Below are positions 45,993 through 55,921 of a stretch of DNA of 57,897 bases, piece by piece. Positions within the stretch are counted from its first letter, which is position 1. Each line of letters opens with the position of its first letter. The notes beneath the pieces were generated by a model that searched no databases, was not told the DNA's origin, and was given only the letters and a program-made list of their open reading frames with translations. The translations under genes and the position numbers were made by a program. The DNA lies in contig JBBAUX010000001.1 of NCBI GenBank assembly GCA_040398005.1, forward strand, positions 46,634 to 104,530. Direction: 5' to 3'. Source of the DNA: Opitutales bacterium (GTDB lineage Bacteria > Verrucomicrobiota > Verrucomicrobiia > Opitutales > UBA953).

Positions 45993-48265
45993 AAAACTCC
46001 ATTTGGATGTTGGGTGCCTGCGGTATGGGCGTTGGGCCTTTAGCGATTTACTTAAAAGAGTCGGGCAACGAAGTATATGGTTGGGACGATTCCACGGGAA
46101 GTCCGATGGAAAATCATTTAACGAATGCGGACATTCCCTTGCTGCGCGATCCTTGGGCCGCTGGTCGCCAACCCAATTTAATTGGTCGTTCCAGCGCCGT
46201 GAAACCGGGTCACGCCGCACTCACCCTCGCCGAAAAACACCAAACCCGCGTGTTGCGCAGAGGTGAATTATTAGCGGAGAGTGTGGCTGATAAAAAATTT
46301 GTCGCCGTTTGCGGAAGTCATGGAAAAACCACGACGTGTGGATTGATTATTTCAGCCCTCGCCACGGCGGGAATTGATTTCGGGTATGTTTTAGGCGGAC
46401 TTTTTCGTGACCCTAATTTTGCGCCTGCTCACGCTTCGCAGAAATCTCCTTGGGTCGTTGCGGAAGTGGATGAAAGCGATGGTACCATCAGTCACTTTTC
46501 ACCCGACATCACGGTCGCCGTTAATTTAGACTGGGATCACCCGGATTATTATAAGGACGAGGCTGCGCTCGAAGGAGTTTTCCGTGCCTTGTTTGAACGT
46601 ACAACTACGGCAGTGGTCATTCCTGCTAATAATGAACGACTCGAACGATTAACGCGTGGATTAAAGGCCCGGGTAATTCGTGTAGGCGAGACGGGCGACT
46701 ACACTGCGCAACTGATAGGTGCGAATTCTAGTCAGTCTCGACTCATGCTCGGTGGTGAATTTAAAAAAGCAGAAGTCAGTGTGCCGGTTACGGGTGCGTT
46801 TAATCGTGCCAATTCTTCGATGGCCCTGGCCGTCACACATTTAATAACTGGTGAGATTGCGAGTGAACCTTTAACCCGTTGGCGCGGTATTCGACGTCGC
46901 CAAGACATTCTTTTTGAACGTCAGAACCTATTAGTATTAGCAGACTACGCACACCATCCCACGGAAATCGCTGCGTTGTTAAAATGGATTAAGGAAACGC
47001 ATGAAGGTCAGTTAATTGTAGTTTTTCAACCGCACCGACACACTCGCACGCGTCAGTACGCAAGCGAGTTTAGACAAGCTTTACACATCGCGGATGCCGT
47101 TTTCGTTCTACCCGTGTATTCCGCAGGTGAAGTTGCGGTGGAGGGTGGAAGGTCCGATGCTGTCGTGGCGGGATCGGCTCTTCGTTTGATTGAAGATAGA
47201 AACGAACTTTCCAAAATTATTTCTCCGCTAACGAAAGGCAAAAAGACCGTCGTCGCTTTTGTGGGTGCGGGTGATATCGAGCATGATGCTGAAAATTATG
47301 CGCTCATTTTACGACGTGAAGGTCTGCCGGTGATGACCCAAGATTTCGGTGAAGTGGTCACCGGAAAACTTTCCGCCCAAGCTGTGATTCGACCCGCCGA
47401 ACCCTTGAATCGTCGCACCACACTAGGCGTGGGCGGTGTGGCTCGCTGGTATGCTGAGCCTGCTACAGTGAATGATATTATCGTATTACTTCAGGCCGCT
47501 GGTGAATTGGGTTTACCCTACTTTGTCTTGGGCCGTGGTTCGAATTTATTAGTCTTAGATGAAGGCTACGATGGTTTAATCATTCATTTAAATGCCGAAC
47601 ATTGGGGTGAAGTAAAAAATCTGGATGAGGGACGTCTACAAATCGGAGCGGGTGCACGGCTCAAAGAAATTTGCGGTATCGCGGCACGCGAGGGTCTGAC
47701 TGGATTTGAATTTTTAGAAGGCATTCCTGGGACGATGGGTGGATCGCTCCGTATGAATGCGGGTGCGATGAACTCGTGGATTTTTGATCGGGTGGAATCG
47801 ATTGATTGGCTGAGTCCGCGCGGCATTCATCGTTCGGCCAATCGTAATTGTTTTGATGCGATGTACAGAGACTGTCCGCAATTACATGGCGCCGTTATTT
47901 TATCGGCTATTTTAAAATCCACGGGTAAAGAATCGTTCGAAAAGATTCGTCAAACCATGGATGAGATGAGTCAGAAACGTCGCAGCTCTCAGCCACGTGA
48001 TCCGAGTGCGGGTTGTGTCTTCAAAAATCCTGAACAGAACCATGCCGGACGCTTAATTGAGTCGGTTGGACTTAAAGGAACGCACATCGGTGCAGCCGAA
48101 ATTTCCAATCTACACGCTAATTTCATTATTAATAAAGGCGATGCTACCGCAAAAGATGTTTTAACACTGATGAAGCAAGTTCGTCAGAAAGTTCAGCACG
48201 ATAAACACCAATTACTACAGCCTGAAATTATTGTTTTAGGAAAGGAGTGGAAAGACCTACTATGA
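45989..48265 (+). CDS. murC: Bifunctional MurC-MurB fusion
   Basis: N-part: G.CGMG, GSHGKTTT, EVDESDG, DYAHHPTEI, FQPHR, GAGDI (MurC). C-part: TTLGVGG, LGRGSNLL, GIPGT.GG..RMNAGA, SAGCVFKNP, HANFIIN (MurB). One uninterrupted ORF. Confidence 0.93.
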   Translation: MKNSIWMLGACGMGVGPLAIYLKESGNEVYGWDDSTGSPMENHLTNADIPLLRDPWAAGRQPNLIGRSSAVKPGHAALTLAEKHQTRVLRRGELLAESVADKKFVAVCGSHGKTTTCGLIISALATAGIDFGYVLGGLFRDPNFAPAHASQKSPWVVAEVDESDGTISHFSPDITVAVNLDWDHPDYYKDEAALEGVFRALFERTTTAVVIPANNERLERLTRGLKARVIRVGETGDYTAQLIGANSSQSRLMLGGEFKKAEVSVPVTGAFNRANSSMALAVTHLITGEIASEPLTRWRGIRRRQDILFERQNLLVLADYAHHPTEIAALLKWIKETHEGQLIVVFQPHRHTRTRQYASEFRQALHIADAVFVLPVYSAGEVAVEGGRSDAVVAGSALRLIEDRNELSKIISPLTKGKKTVVAFVGAGDIEHDAENYALILRREGLPVMTQDFGEVVTGKLSAQAVIRPAEPLNRRTTLGVGGVARWYAEPATVNDIIVLLQAAGELGLPYFVLGRGSNLLVLDEGYDGLIIHLNAEHWGEVKNLDEGRLQIGAGARLKEICGIAAREGLTGFEFLEGIPGTMGGSLRMNAGAMNSWIFDRVESIDWLSPRGIHRSANRNCFDAMYRDCPQLHGAVILSAILKSTGKESFEKIRQTMDEMSQKRRSSQPRDPSAGCVFKNPEQNHAGRLIESVGLKGTHIGAAEISNLHANFIINKGDATAKDVLTLMKQVRQKVQHDKHQLLQPEIIVLGKEWKDLL

Positions 48266-49185
48266 GTTCGACACGCCAAGCCGTGATTCTTTGTGGAGCC
48301 ATCTCGCCGGAGCGCGAAGTTTCACTACGTTCGGGTAAAGCGGTCGCCAGTGTCATCAAAGATTCACAGTTGGTTGAATTGAATGAAAATATTTTACCTG
48401 CTTGGCTCGATCCTGCAAAGCATGTCGTCATTCCCGTGATTCATGGTGACTTCGGTGAGGACGGTCAGGTGCAAGCGGCGTGTGAAGCTCGCGGTTTAGC
48501 GTTCGCTGGATGCGATTCTGCGGCGAGTCGACTTTGCATTGATAAAGTGGCGACCAAAAAAGCGATGCGCGCGGCGGGGTTGCCGGTTGTGCCCGAGGTT
48601 GCTTTTAGTGGGGCCTCGAAACCGTTGGCCGAGAAGTTAATCGCTGAACTGGGAGAACAATTGGTGATCAAGCCCTCTGATAAGGGGAGCAGTGTTGGGC
48701 TGTATGTTTTGAATGGTTTGGCTGAGGTGAAGGCTGCTTTAGCGGAGATTCCTGCAGTGGGGCAGTGGATGGCCGAACGTCGAATCCACGGGCGCGAAAT
48801 GTCGATTGGCATCCTCGGGGGTAAGGCCCTTGGAGTTGTCGAAATAGTGCCTAAAACAGGCGTTTATGACTATAAAACCAAGTACACCAAGGGCTCATCG
48901 GAATACCTCGTACCCGCCCCGATTTCGGCTGATTTAACTCAGCAAATTCAGCGTGCGGCCGAGAAGCTTTTTAAGGTCACAGGATGTCGCGATTTTGCTC
49001 GAGCGGACCTCTTTCTTGAACCCTCGGGCGAATTCATTTTTTTAGAAATCAACACCATGCCAGGGATGACTGAGACCAGTTTGCTACCCAAGAGTGCCTC
49101 CTGCGTCGGAATCGATTTCTCAACTTTAGTTCAGCAGATGGTTGCTCCTGCCTTTACGCGAAGCCAACTTCATAACACGCTCTAA
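48262..49185 (+). CDS. ddl: D-alanine--D-alanine ligase
   Basis: SPEREVSLRSG, HG.FGEDG, KP..GSSVG, YDYKTKY, ARAD and EINTMPGMT.TS. Confidence 0.96.
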   Translation: MSSTRQAVILCGAISPEREVSLRSGKAVASVIKDSQLVELNENILPAWLDPAKHVVIPVIHGDFGEDGQVQAACEARGLAFAGCDSAASRLCIDKVATKKAMRAAGLPVVPEVAFSGASKPLAEKLIAELGEQLVIKPSDKGSSVGLYVLNGLAEVKAALAEIPAVGQWMAERRIHGREMSIGILGGKALGVVEIVPKTGVYDYKTKYTKGSSEYLVPAPISADLTQQIQRAAEKLFKVTGCRDFARADLFLEPSGEFIFLEINTMPGMTETSLLPKSASCVGIDFSTLVQQMVAPAFTRSQLHNTL

Positions 49186-49188
49186 CCC

Positions 49189-50163
49189 ATGGATTTCTTC
49201 ACCCGCATCGCGCGCCTCTTTTCGCCAAAGCGAGATGCCTTCCTGGGTCCGGAGAATCGTGACTGGAGACAGTTAATCAAACAAGATGTTCGAACGATTC
49301 CACAAGATGAGTTAGGAAGAAGACGCGCGGCTCGTTCACGCATGCCCATTATACTTACCGTTTTATTTTTCGTTTTCGTGATCGCCGTCATTTCGCTTTC
49401 TCTAGAAGAAGGCACACCCGTCTCATCGAGTATTCCGATTACGTATTCGACGGATGGATTTTTACCTTCGAGTTACGCTAACAAAATTATTAATGACGGG
49501 TCGGACAGTTGGGCGAAAGATGTCGCTACGATTAAGACGGATTTAGAAAAGGATCCACAGGTATTGACCGCGAAAGTGCGTCGCTTGGGCACGGGTGGAT
49601 TAGAAATTAAATTGTTAGAGCGTCTAGCCGTTGCTCGTATTGCGATTTTACCACCGTCGGGACCTTATATTGTAAAGTTGGTCAGTCCCGAGGGCGTTTT
49701 ATTTTCGGGTACAGGCTATCCCCAGCAATCCACGAATAGTTTGCCGGTGATTACAGATTTTAGAACGAGCGGTGCGGGTGAAAAAGTGTCGGTCGATGGC
49801 TTGGAAGTCGTCGGACCCTTTTTATTCACGGCTCGCACGATGTATCCGAATCAATACAAGCAGTGGGCGACGATTTCATTGCGCGATTGTTTTGGATCAC
49901 AAGATGATGCCATGGGTTCAAATCTCCATATTAACATCCGCCCAGGTTCACAGCCCATTGATCGTGCGACCTTATCGGAAATTGTTTTCTCAACGACGAA
50001 TTGGCGAAACGAATTAGAAATTTTATCAAAACTCGATATCGATGGTCTCTTACGCAAATCAGCCGGCGGTGCTTCAAGCTACGTTTTAAAACTCTCGATT
50101 CAGAATCGCACCTCTGCTCGACCCATTGCTGAACCACGCCTCGTCCCCATTTCGTCTCGATGA
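49189..50163 (+). CDS. ftsQ: Cell division protein FtsQ-like
   Basis: Single TM, then POTRA-like ..L.KDPQV..A.V.R....L.I.L.ER..VAR; lies between ddl and ftsA. Confidence 0.7.
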   Translation: MDFFTRIARLFSPKRDAFLGPENRDWRQLIKQDVRTIPQDELGRRRAARSRMPIILTVLFFVFVIAVISLSLEEGTPVSSSIPITYSTDGFLPSSYANKIINDGSDSWAKDVATIKTDLEKDPQVLTAKVRRLGTGGLEIKLLERLAVARIAILPPSGPYIVKLVSPEGVLFSGTGYPQQSTNSLPVITDFRTSGAGEKVSVDGLEVVGPFLFTARTMYPNQYKQWATISLRDCFGSQDDAMGSNLHINIRPGSQPIDRATLSEIVFSTTNWRNELEILSKLDIDGLLRKSAGGASSYVLKLSIQNRTSARPIAEPRLVPISSR

Positions 50164-51395
50164 ATAAGAAACCTTTACCCTCATTTATTACCGTTATTGA
50201 TATCGGTACTCACAAAACCACCGCACTCACCGCGCAGGTCATTGAGGGCCGTGCTCGCATGTTGGGTTTTAGTGAACGTCGTACGGATGGAGTAGTTAAA
50301 GGAACGGTCATCGATGTCGAAAAACTCCACGCCAGTGTGCATGAAGTGGTTAATGATTTAGAACGCGTTTCCCAGCGTGCGGTTGAGCAGGTTTACATTT
50401 CGATTTCGGGTCCATCCGTTGAAGGCGAGCGCGTCAAAGGTATTTGTATCGTGCCCGCGCATGATGGCCGCATCACCAAGTTAGATTATCAGCAGGCGAT
50501 TGATTCCGCTAAACGCCTCGAGCCACCCGCCGGCCGCATCACGCTCCTGCACATGCGCCAGCCATCGATTTTAGACAATAAGCCCGTTGGCAATCCGGTA
50601 GGTCAGCAAGGTCGCCGTCTCGAAGTAAGTTTTTGGCGAATCACGATGGAAGAGGGCAATGTTCGCTTCCGTGTTTCGATGGCCAACGGCATGAGTATCA
50701 ACGTGCGCGATTTTATTTTGGCCTCCCACGCGGCCGCTTGTGCGGTGACGACCGATACGGAAAAACAAGGCGGCGTTTGTGTGATTGATATCGGAGCCGG
50801 GACGACGGATTGGGTTCTGTATTTCAAAGGACACATTTTATGTAGTGGGTCCATCGCGGTCGGTGGTGAACATATCACGAATGATTTAAGTATCGCCTTA
50901 CGCATCAGCCGCGAAACGGCTGAAGATTTAAAGCTACGCTTCGCCTCGGGATTACATCGCGATCAAGACGTTAACCAAACCATTTGGAAAGACGGCGACA
51001 AGAGCGTGGGTGATCAGCAATTCAATCGCGGGACGATTACCCAAGTCTCTTCACTGCGTTATCAAGAAATTTTAACTTTTGTCAGAAAAGATATCATGGC
51101 TCAGCTTGAACAAATGTTTAGCGGTCACGATGTTAAATTAGACCAAAACTTTATACCATCGGGCGTTATTTTAACCGGCGGTAGTGCCAACTTAGCGGAT
51201 GCCGCGGAAGCTGCCCAAAATGTTTTCGGGGTTACGGCCCGCGTGGGTATACCGAAGTTTGATAACAGCTCATTACAAAAATCTGAATACGCGGGTGTGG
51301 TCGGTATGATGATTGCTGCGCTTGAAGACGCTCCACCTGTGGTGCGTCGTCAAAAAGGCTTCATGGATATTATCCGCGATCTGTTCCGATTCTAG
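50160..51395 (+). CDS. ftsA: Cell division protein FtsA
   Basis: IDIGTHK, GVVKG.V.D, IDIGAGTTD, GG.HITNDL, AEDLK, LTGGSANL; C-terminal amphipathic helix. Confidence 0.93.
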   Translation: MNKKPLPSFITVIDIGTHKTTALTAQVIEGRARMLGFSERRTDGVVKGTVIDVEKLHASVHEVVNDLERVSQRAVEQVYISISGPSVEGERVKGICIVPAHDGRITKLDYQQAIDSAKRLEPPAGRITLLHMRQPSILDNKPVGNPVGQQGRRLEVSFWRITMEEGNVRFRVSMANGMSINVRDFILASHAAACAVTTDTEKQGGVCVIDIGAGTTDWVLYFKGHILCSGSIAVGGEHITNDLSIALRISRETAEDLKLRFASGLHRDQDVNQTIWKDGDKSVGDQQFNRGTITQVSSLRYQEILTFVRKDIMAQLEQMFSGHDVKLDQNFIPSGVILTGGSANLADAAEAAQNVFGVTARVGIPKFDNSSLQKSEYAGVVGMMIAALEDAPPVVRRQKGFMDIIRDLFRF

Positions 51396-51398
51396 AAC

Positions 51399-52529
51399 AT
51401 GTCGACGACGCCTTCAATTTTACTGGTCGGCCTAGGCGGTGCGGGTTGTGGCATGGTCAGCCGAATCGCTACGAATCTTCCCTCCGTCGTTCGCGTGGCG
51501 TTGATTGATACGGATGCGAGTATTTTAAATACGACTGACGGTCAGGAAGCTTTTCAGATTGGCCGACCTCTCACTCGTGGGATGGGCACAGCGGGTGAAT
51601 TAGCCGTTGGACTTGCCGCAGTAGAAGCGGATGAACCCACACTTCGCCGGCTATTTAATGGTTATTCCTTAGTCGTCCTGGTGACCGGTCTCGGTGGTGG
51701 TATGGGTAGCGGCGGTGCTGCAACCTTGGCCAGTATTGCACTCGATGCGGGTGCGACGGTCTTATCTTTTGCGACCATTCCTTTTTCACATGAAGGTGAG
51801 CGACGTAAACGTCAGGCCACCGAAGCTCTAGAAAAATTAGCGGTTAAATCTCACGGACTCGTGGTTGTTGAAAATGACTTACTTGCGTTGCAAGTTTCGG
51901 CCGATGCATCGCTGTCCGCTGCTTTCTCTGCTGCAGATGAATGGATTGCTGGTTCGCTTCGCGCTTTAGCGAGTGTGTTCACCCCGGGTGTATTAGTGCC
52001 TGTGGATCCAGCGGCACTAAAAACGATTTTAGAAAAACCCGGTTCACCGACGCTCTTTAGTTATGGAGTGGGAGAGGGCAGTGGTGCCGCTCTGATTGCG
52101 GCGAAGGCGGCTTGTGATTCCAGTTTAGCACACGGACCTGGGGCGATTACCAAAGTCGGCTCACTCTTCGTGCAAGTGACGGGTGGATTAAACATGTCGG
52201 CCACCGATGCCTTTGAAGCGGTTTCCATCATCCGTAAAAAATTTGGTGGAGAGAAAACTACCCTGCTCGGTGCGTGTATTAAACCTGAAATGGGAGATCG
52301 CGTTGAAGTAGCGGTCTTGGGTGCATCGTTGCCCGTACCGAAGCCCGCAACGAAGACAAAAAAAGGCGGCAAAGGTACTGACCCCAATCAACCAGTGTTT
52401 GTTTTTGCGACCGAAGAATCTATTCGGCGTGGTATTTTTGGAAATACGCCCTCAATATTTAGAGATGGCGAAGATGTTGATGTGCCCACGTATATTCGCC
52501 GTTCGGTGCGTTTGACCCCAGCGAGTTGA
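51399..52529 (+). CDS. ftsZ: Cell division protein FtsZ (divergent)
   Basis: VGLGGAG, TRGMG, GLGGGMGSG, PFSHEG.RR and C-terminal DVPTYIRR core; follows ftsA. Confidence 0.88.
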   Translation: MSTTPSILLVGLGGAGCGMVSRIATNLPSVVRVALIDTDASILNTTDGQEAFQIGRPLTRGMGTAGELAVGLAAVEADEPTLRRLFNGYSLVVLVTGLGGGMGSGGAATLASIALDAGATVLSFATIPFSHEGERRKRQATEALEKLAVKSHGLVVVENDLLALQVSADASLSAAFSAADEWIAGSLRALASVFTPGVLVPVDPAALKTILEKPGSPTLFSYGVGEGSGAALIAAKAACDSSLAHGPGAITKVGSLFVQVTGGLNMSATDAFEAVSIIRKKFGGEKTTLLGACIKPEMGDRVEVAVLGASLPVPKPATKTKKGGKGTDPNQPVFVFATEESIRRGIFGNTPSIFRDGEDVDVPTYIRRSVRLTPAS

Positions 52530-52583
52530 TAAATCATCGCTTCGCGGTTGCGCCCTTGTTTCAGTCCTCTACGTTAAAAACTC

Positions 52584-53801
52584 ATGGCGTTTGATGTCAC
52601 CAAAGTCCGTCAAGACTTCCCGATTCTGGGACGTACGATTAATAGTCGTCCGTTGACCTATTTGGATAACGCTGCCACCTCGCAAAAGCCTCAGGTGGTC
52701 ATCGACACTCTTTCGCACTACTATGTTCACTCCAATGCCAATGTGCATCGCGGTGTACACCAACTGAGCGAACAGGCGACGGTGGCGTTTGAACAAGCTC
52801 GCGAAACGGTGGCTCAATTTTTAGGACTCAAAGTTTCTCGCGGATGTGTCTTCGTGCGTGGTGCAACCGAAGCGATTAATTTAGTCGCTGAAACGTGGGG
52901 TCGTACCCATCTGAAACCGGGCGATGAAATACTTCTCACGACCCTCGAACACCATGCGAACATTGTGCCTTGGCAGATTATTGCTGAGCGTACCGGAGCT
53001 AAGATTGTTGTCGTGCCGTTGAACGGACGTGGTGAAGTGGATCTCGAAGCGTATCAGAAACTTTTATCCGGTCGTACTAAGCTCGTTACATTCACCCACG
53101 TCTCCAATGCGCTGGGTTCGATTAATCCGGCGAAGGAGATGACCAAGATGGCGAAGGCTGTGGGGGCGACTGTGCTCATTGATGGCTGTCAGTCCGCGGC
53201 GCATTTTGCGATCGATATCCCTTCACTCGGTTGTGACTTCTATTGCTTCTCAGGTCACAAAACCCTTGGGCCAACAGGCATCGGCGTGCTTTGGGGTCGC
53301 CCTGAACTTCTCGACACTCTTCCACCTTATCAATCGGGTGGAGATATGATTCGAAAGGTCGATTTCGCTGGTACCACCTACCGTGAAGCCCCTGAGCGCT
53401 TTGAAGCAGGTACGCCCGATATTTCGGGTGCGATTGGTTTAGCGGCCGCACTTCAATATTTCATGCCTATTCAAAAAGAAGCGCATGCGCATGAACAAAA
53501 ATTACTGATGGCGGCTACGGAAAAACTAAAAGCCATTAAGGGATTAAAAATTATCGGAGAAGCGGCTGAAAAAGTTGCGGTGGTATCTTTCTTAATCGAG
53601 GGAAGTCATCCACATGATATCGGTACGTTGCTCGATGCAGATGGTATCGCGATTCGTACAGGGCACCATTGCTGTATGCCATTGATGAAGGCACTCGATA
53701 TACCTGGTACGGCCCGCGCCTCCTTTGCGTTTTACAATACCATGGAAGAAGTGGATCGCTTGGCGGTGTCGCTAGAAAAAATCCGCAAGATGATTGCCTA
53801 A
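52584..53801 (+). CDS. sufS: SufS-type cysteine desulfurase
   Basis: YLDNAATSQKP, ANVHRG, EHHANIVPWQ, SGHK and RTGHHC. Confidence 0.93.
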   Translation: MAFDVTKVRQDFPILGRTINSRPLTYLDNAATSQKPQVVIDTLSHYYVHSNANVHRGVHQLSEQATVAFEQARETVAQFLGLKVSRGCVFVRGATEAINLVAETWGRTHLKPGDEILLTTLEHHANIVPWQIIAERTGAKIVVVPLNGRGEVDLEAYQKLLSGRTKLVTFTHVSNALGSINPAKEMTKMAKAVGATVLIDGCQSAAHFAIDIPSLGCDFYCFSGHKTLGPTGIGVLWGRPELLDTLPPYQSGGDMIRKVDFAGTTYREAPERFEAGTPDISGAIGLAAALQYFMPIQKEAHAHEQKLLMAATEKLKAIKGLKIIGEAAEKVAVVSFLIEGSHPHDIGTLLDADGIAIRTGHHCCMPLMKALDIPGTARASFAFYNTMEEVDRLAVSLEKIRKMIA

Positions 53802-54928
53802 GGCTTGGGTGATTCGGAAATATTCCTGCGGAGAATATCGAGAATCCCTTGAACTTCAAAATTGCGGGTCGGTCCTTCGAGTCCGAGGGACTGTCGCGCC
53901 TCTTGAATATCGTCCGGCCGATTCCCTGGAGGCCAATCGCACCAGAATTTATCAACAGCGTAGCCGGCTGTTTGGAGTAATGGGAACAGGGCATTAATGC
54001 AAAGGGTGTCGGCTCGACCTTCAGGAAAAACGCCCGCCAATACTTCGTCGATGAGTTGTCTTCGCGAGCTCGCGAGTGTTTGGGTGGCCAGACCTTTGGC
54101 CCATTTTTTAATATCATTCCGCCACTCGGGCTTTCGGCGATTCAGTTCAAGGTATTGAGCGAGACGGCGGTACGGGTGACCCGCGGGGCGCAGTCCACGT
54201 AATTTCCAACGTCCGCACTTCTGCATGTATAGGTGATCAATTCCGAGGAGGATCATTTGTTCGGGTGAGTGGGCGTGGGCGAGTTCGGACATTGGGGCTC
54301 GGTTGCCGCCGAGTCCGAGAGATTCTACGACCAGTTCGTGACACGTTTGATCGAAGCCTAATTCTTTGAGGCGGTGTCGGGCGTGTTTGGTTTTATTTTG
54401 AAATCGGGTGAGGGCACGGTATCGCAATCCCGGAATTAAATTTACTTCGGTGGCGCGGACTTTACGGGCGACTTCGCCGGCGCGACCACGCAGTTCTAAT
54501 AGAGCATCTTCTTCGGCAATATCTTCGAGGTCACGTGGCAAGTAGGGTAGGAGGACAAGACTTTCGGGTTGGTGTCCGGATGCCGTCGTCACTGGTTTTA
54601 CTCCGGGAATGAGAACCGTGTGAAGGATGACGCCGGAGAAGTTGGGATCTTGGTGATGTCCGTGCGCTTCCCAATCGCTCCAGCGTAAATGGATTTCGAT
54701 ATCACCACGGAGGCGTTCGTTATTGATTAAAATTTCGGCGCCTAAGAAGTCGGGCCCCGCGCCTCGATTCCAATCACCTGGGGAAATAATTTTAATCTCT
54801 TTACCTTGGGAGCTGAGCATCGGGCCGAGGACTTCGCCTGAGGCCCAGAGACGTTGGATAGCGCGTTCGCCAATGGCGAAAGGCCCGTAAGGACCCTCTA
54901 ATTCTTCAACACGAGTGCAGGTAGACAT
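53798..54928 (-). CDS. DUF2851 family protein
   Basis: PG.WN..AGPDF, GDIEIH...DW..HGH..DP.F..VILH and RPAGHP.RRL motifs. Confidence 0.8.
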   Translation of the reverse strand: MSTCTRVEELEGPYGPFAIGERAIQRLWASGEVLGPMLSSQGKEIKIISPGDWNRGAGPDFLGAEILINNERLRGDIEIHLRWSDWEAHGHHQDPNFSGVILHTVLIPGVKPVTTASGHQPESLVLLPYLPRDLEDIAEEDALLELRGRAGEVARKVRATEVNLIPGLRYRALTRFQNKTKHARHRLKELGFDQTCHELVVESLGLGGNRAPMSELAHAHSPEQMILLGIDHLYMQKCGRWKLRGLRPAGHPYRRLAQYLELNRRKPEWRNDIKKWAKGLATQTLASSRRQLIDEVLAGVFPEGRADTLCINALFPLLQTAGYAVDKFWCDWPPGNRPDDIQEARQSLGLEGPTRNFEVQGILDILRRNISESPKP

Positions 54929-55036
54929 TCCCCACTATCAATTCATCCATAATAAACTAAAATATCACAGATGACTCATGGGTAATCTACCGAATCGGCT
55001 TGAGCAGAACCCGCCAGTGTGCTTTGTGGATGGAAC

Positions 55037-55126
55037 GGAGAGATGGCAGAGTGGTCGATTGCACCTGACTTGAAATCAGGCAGCCTCGCAAGGGGCTCAG
55101 GGGTTCGAATCCCTTTCTCTCCGCCA
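55037..55126 (+). tRNA. tRNA-Ser (anticodon TGA)
   Basis: GGAGAGA acceptor stem pairing with TTTCTCTCC region, CCTGA-CTTGAAA-TCAGG anticodon arm, long variable arm, GTTCGAATCC T-loop, encoded GCCA end. Confidence 0.97.
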
Positions 55127-55137
55127 AATTTAATTGA

Positions 55138-55196
55138 GTGGACAAGTTGGCACGTGGGCACGGTGACAAGGGGAGATCCAGTCGCGACGTAGTCGC
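55138..55196 (+). repeat. 4x8-bp repeat element plus hairpin after tRNA-Ser
   Basis: GTGGACAA-GTTGGCAC-GTGGGCAC-GGTGACAA-GGGG, then GCGAC-GTA-GTCGC (55184-55196). Confidence 0.85.
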
Positions 55197-55256
55197 TCCT
55201 CTATCTTTTAATAGATATAAAATTAGCTCGTGTGCACGTGTAACCTAAACTCTACC

Positions 55257-55871
55257 TTACTGAATCGGCGAAGCGGGCTGGACCGGTGCAGTGGGTTGTG
55301 TGGCGGGCTGAGTCTGTGCGGTGGCTTTCGCGAGCATTCGGGTGAGGTCCTTTTTGGCTTCTTGGAATGCTGCGGCATTTACTGGGTCAGCTGCACCGGG
55401 CGCGTATTTCTCGATGAGTGCGAGGCGGCTTTGAATTAGGGCAACATCATCTGAGGTTGGATTTCGATGACTTTTAAATCCCGTGGTATCTAAATCTTCG
55501 ATTAATTTTTTTCTCTCTTTGGCGGGGTTCTCTAGATTATTGATGGTGTCGAGCCACACTTTTTCAGCAATAGGATCTAGGCCTACAGTGTTCAAGGCTT
55601 CACGCGCGATTTCACAGGCAGAGGGTTCGCGGGTTTGAACGACTGCATTGTTTTGTGCCGGAGCCGATTGTTCTATAACTGGCTCGCGTGCGGAAGTTTT
55701 AGCTTTCCGTACAACTTCTATTTCAACGGACTTGGTTGGTGTGCTCTTAAGTTCTTTTGTAGTGAGAGGTTTCTCTAGCGAAGGTGTTTGAGTTTCTGCA
55801 GGATGAGAGAGTCCAAGGTAGGCGAATACGCATACTGTGACTAAAACTCCGGCGATTATATAAGTTCTCAT
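55257..55871 (-). CDS. Hypothetical membrane-anchored/exported protein
   Basis: 204-aa ORF; N-terminal TM, low-complexity linker, helical domain (ALNTVGLDP.AE.VW..IN..ERK.LIEDL..GF), P/Q-rich tail. Confidence 0.7.
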   Translation of the reverse strand: MRTYIIAGVLVTVCVFAYLGLSHPAETQTPSLEKPLTTKELKSTPTKSVEIEVVRKAKTSAREPVIEQSAPAQNNAVVQTREPSACEIAREALNTVGLDPIAEKVWLDTINNLENPAKERKKLIEDLDTTGFKSHRNPTSDDVALIQSRLALIEKYAPGAADPVNAAAFQEAKKDLTRMLAKATAQTQPATQPTAPVQPASPIQ

Positions 55872-55921
55872 AGGGTAATTTTTGAAAGTGTATAAAATTT
55901 AATAAAATAAACCTGATAATT

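Noticed and set aside
54976..55169. Two short minus-strand ORFs
   Set aside because: They are antisense to the tRNA-Ser and the repeat element.
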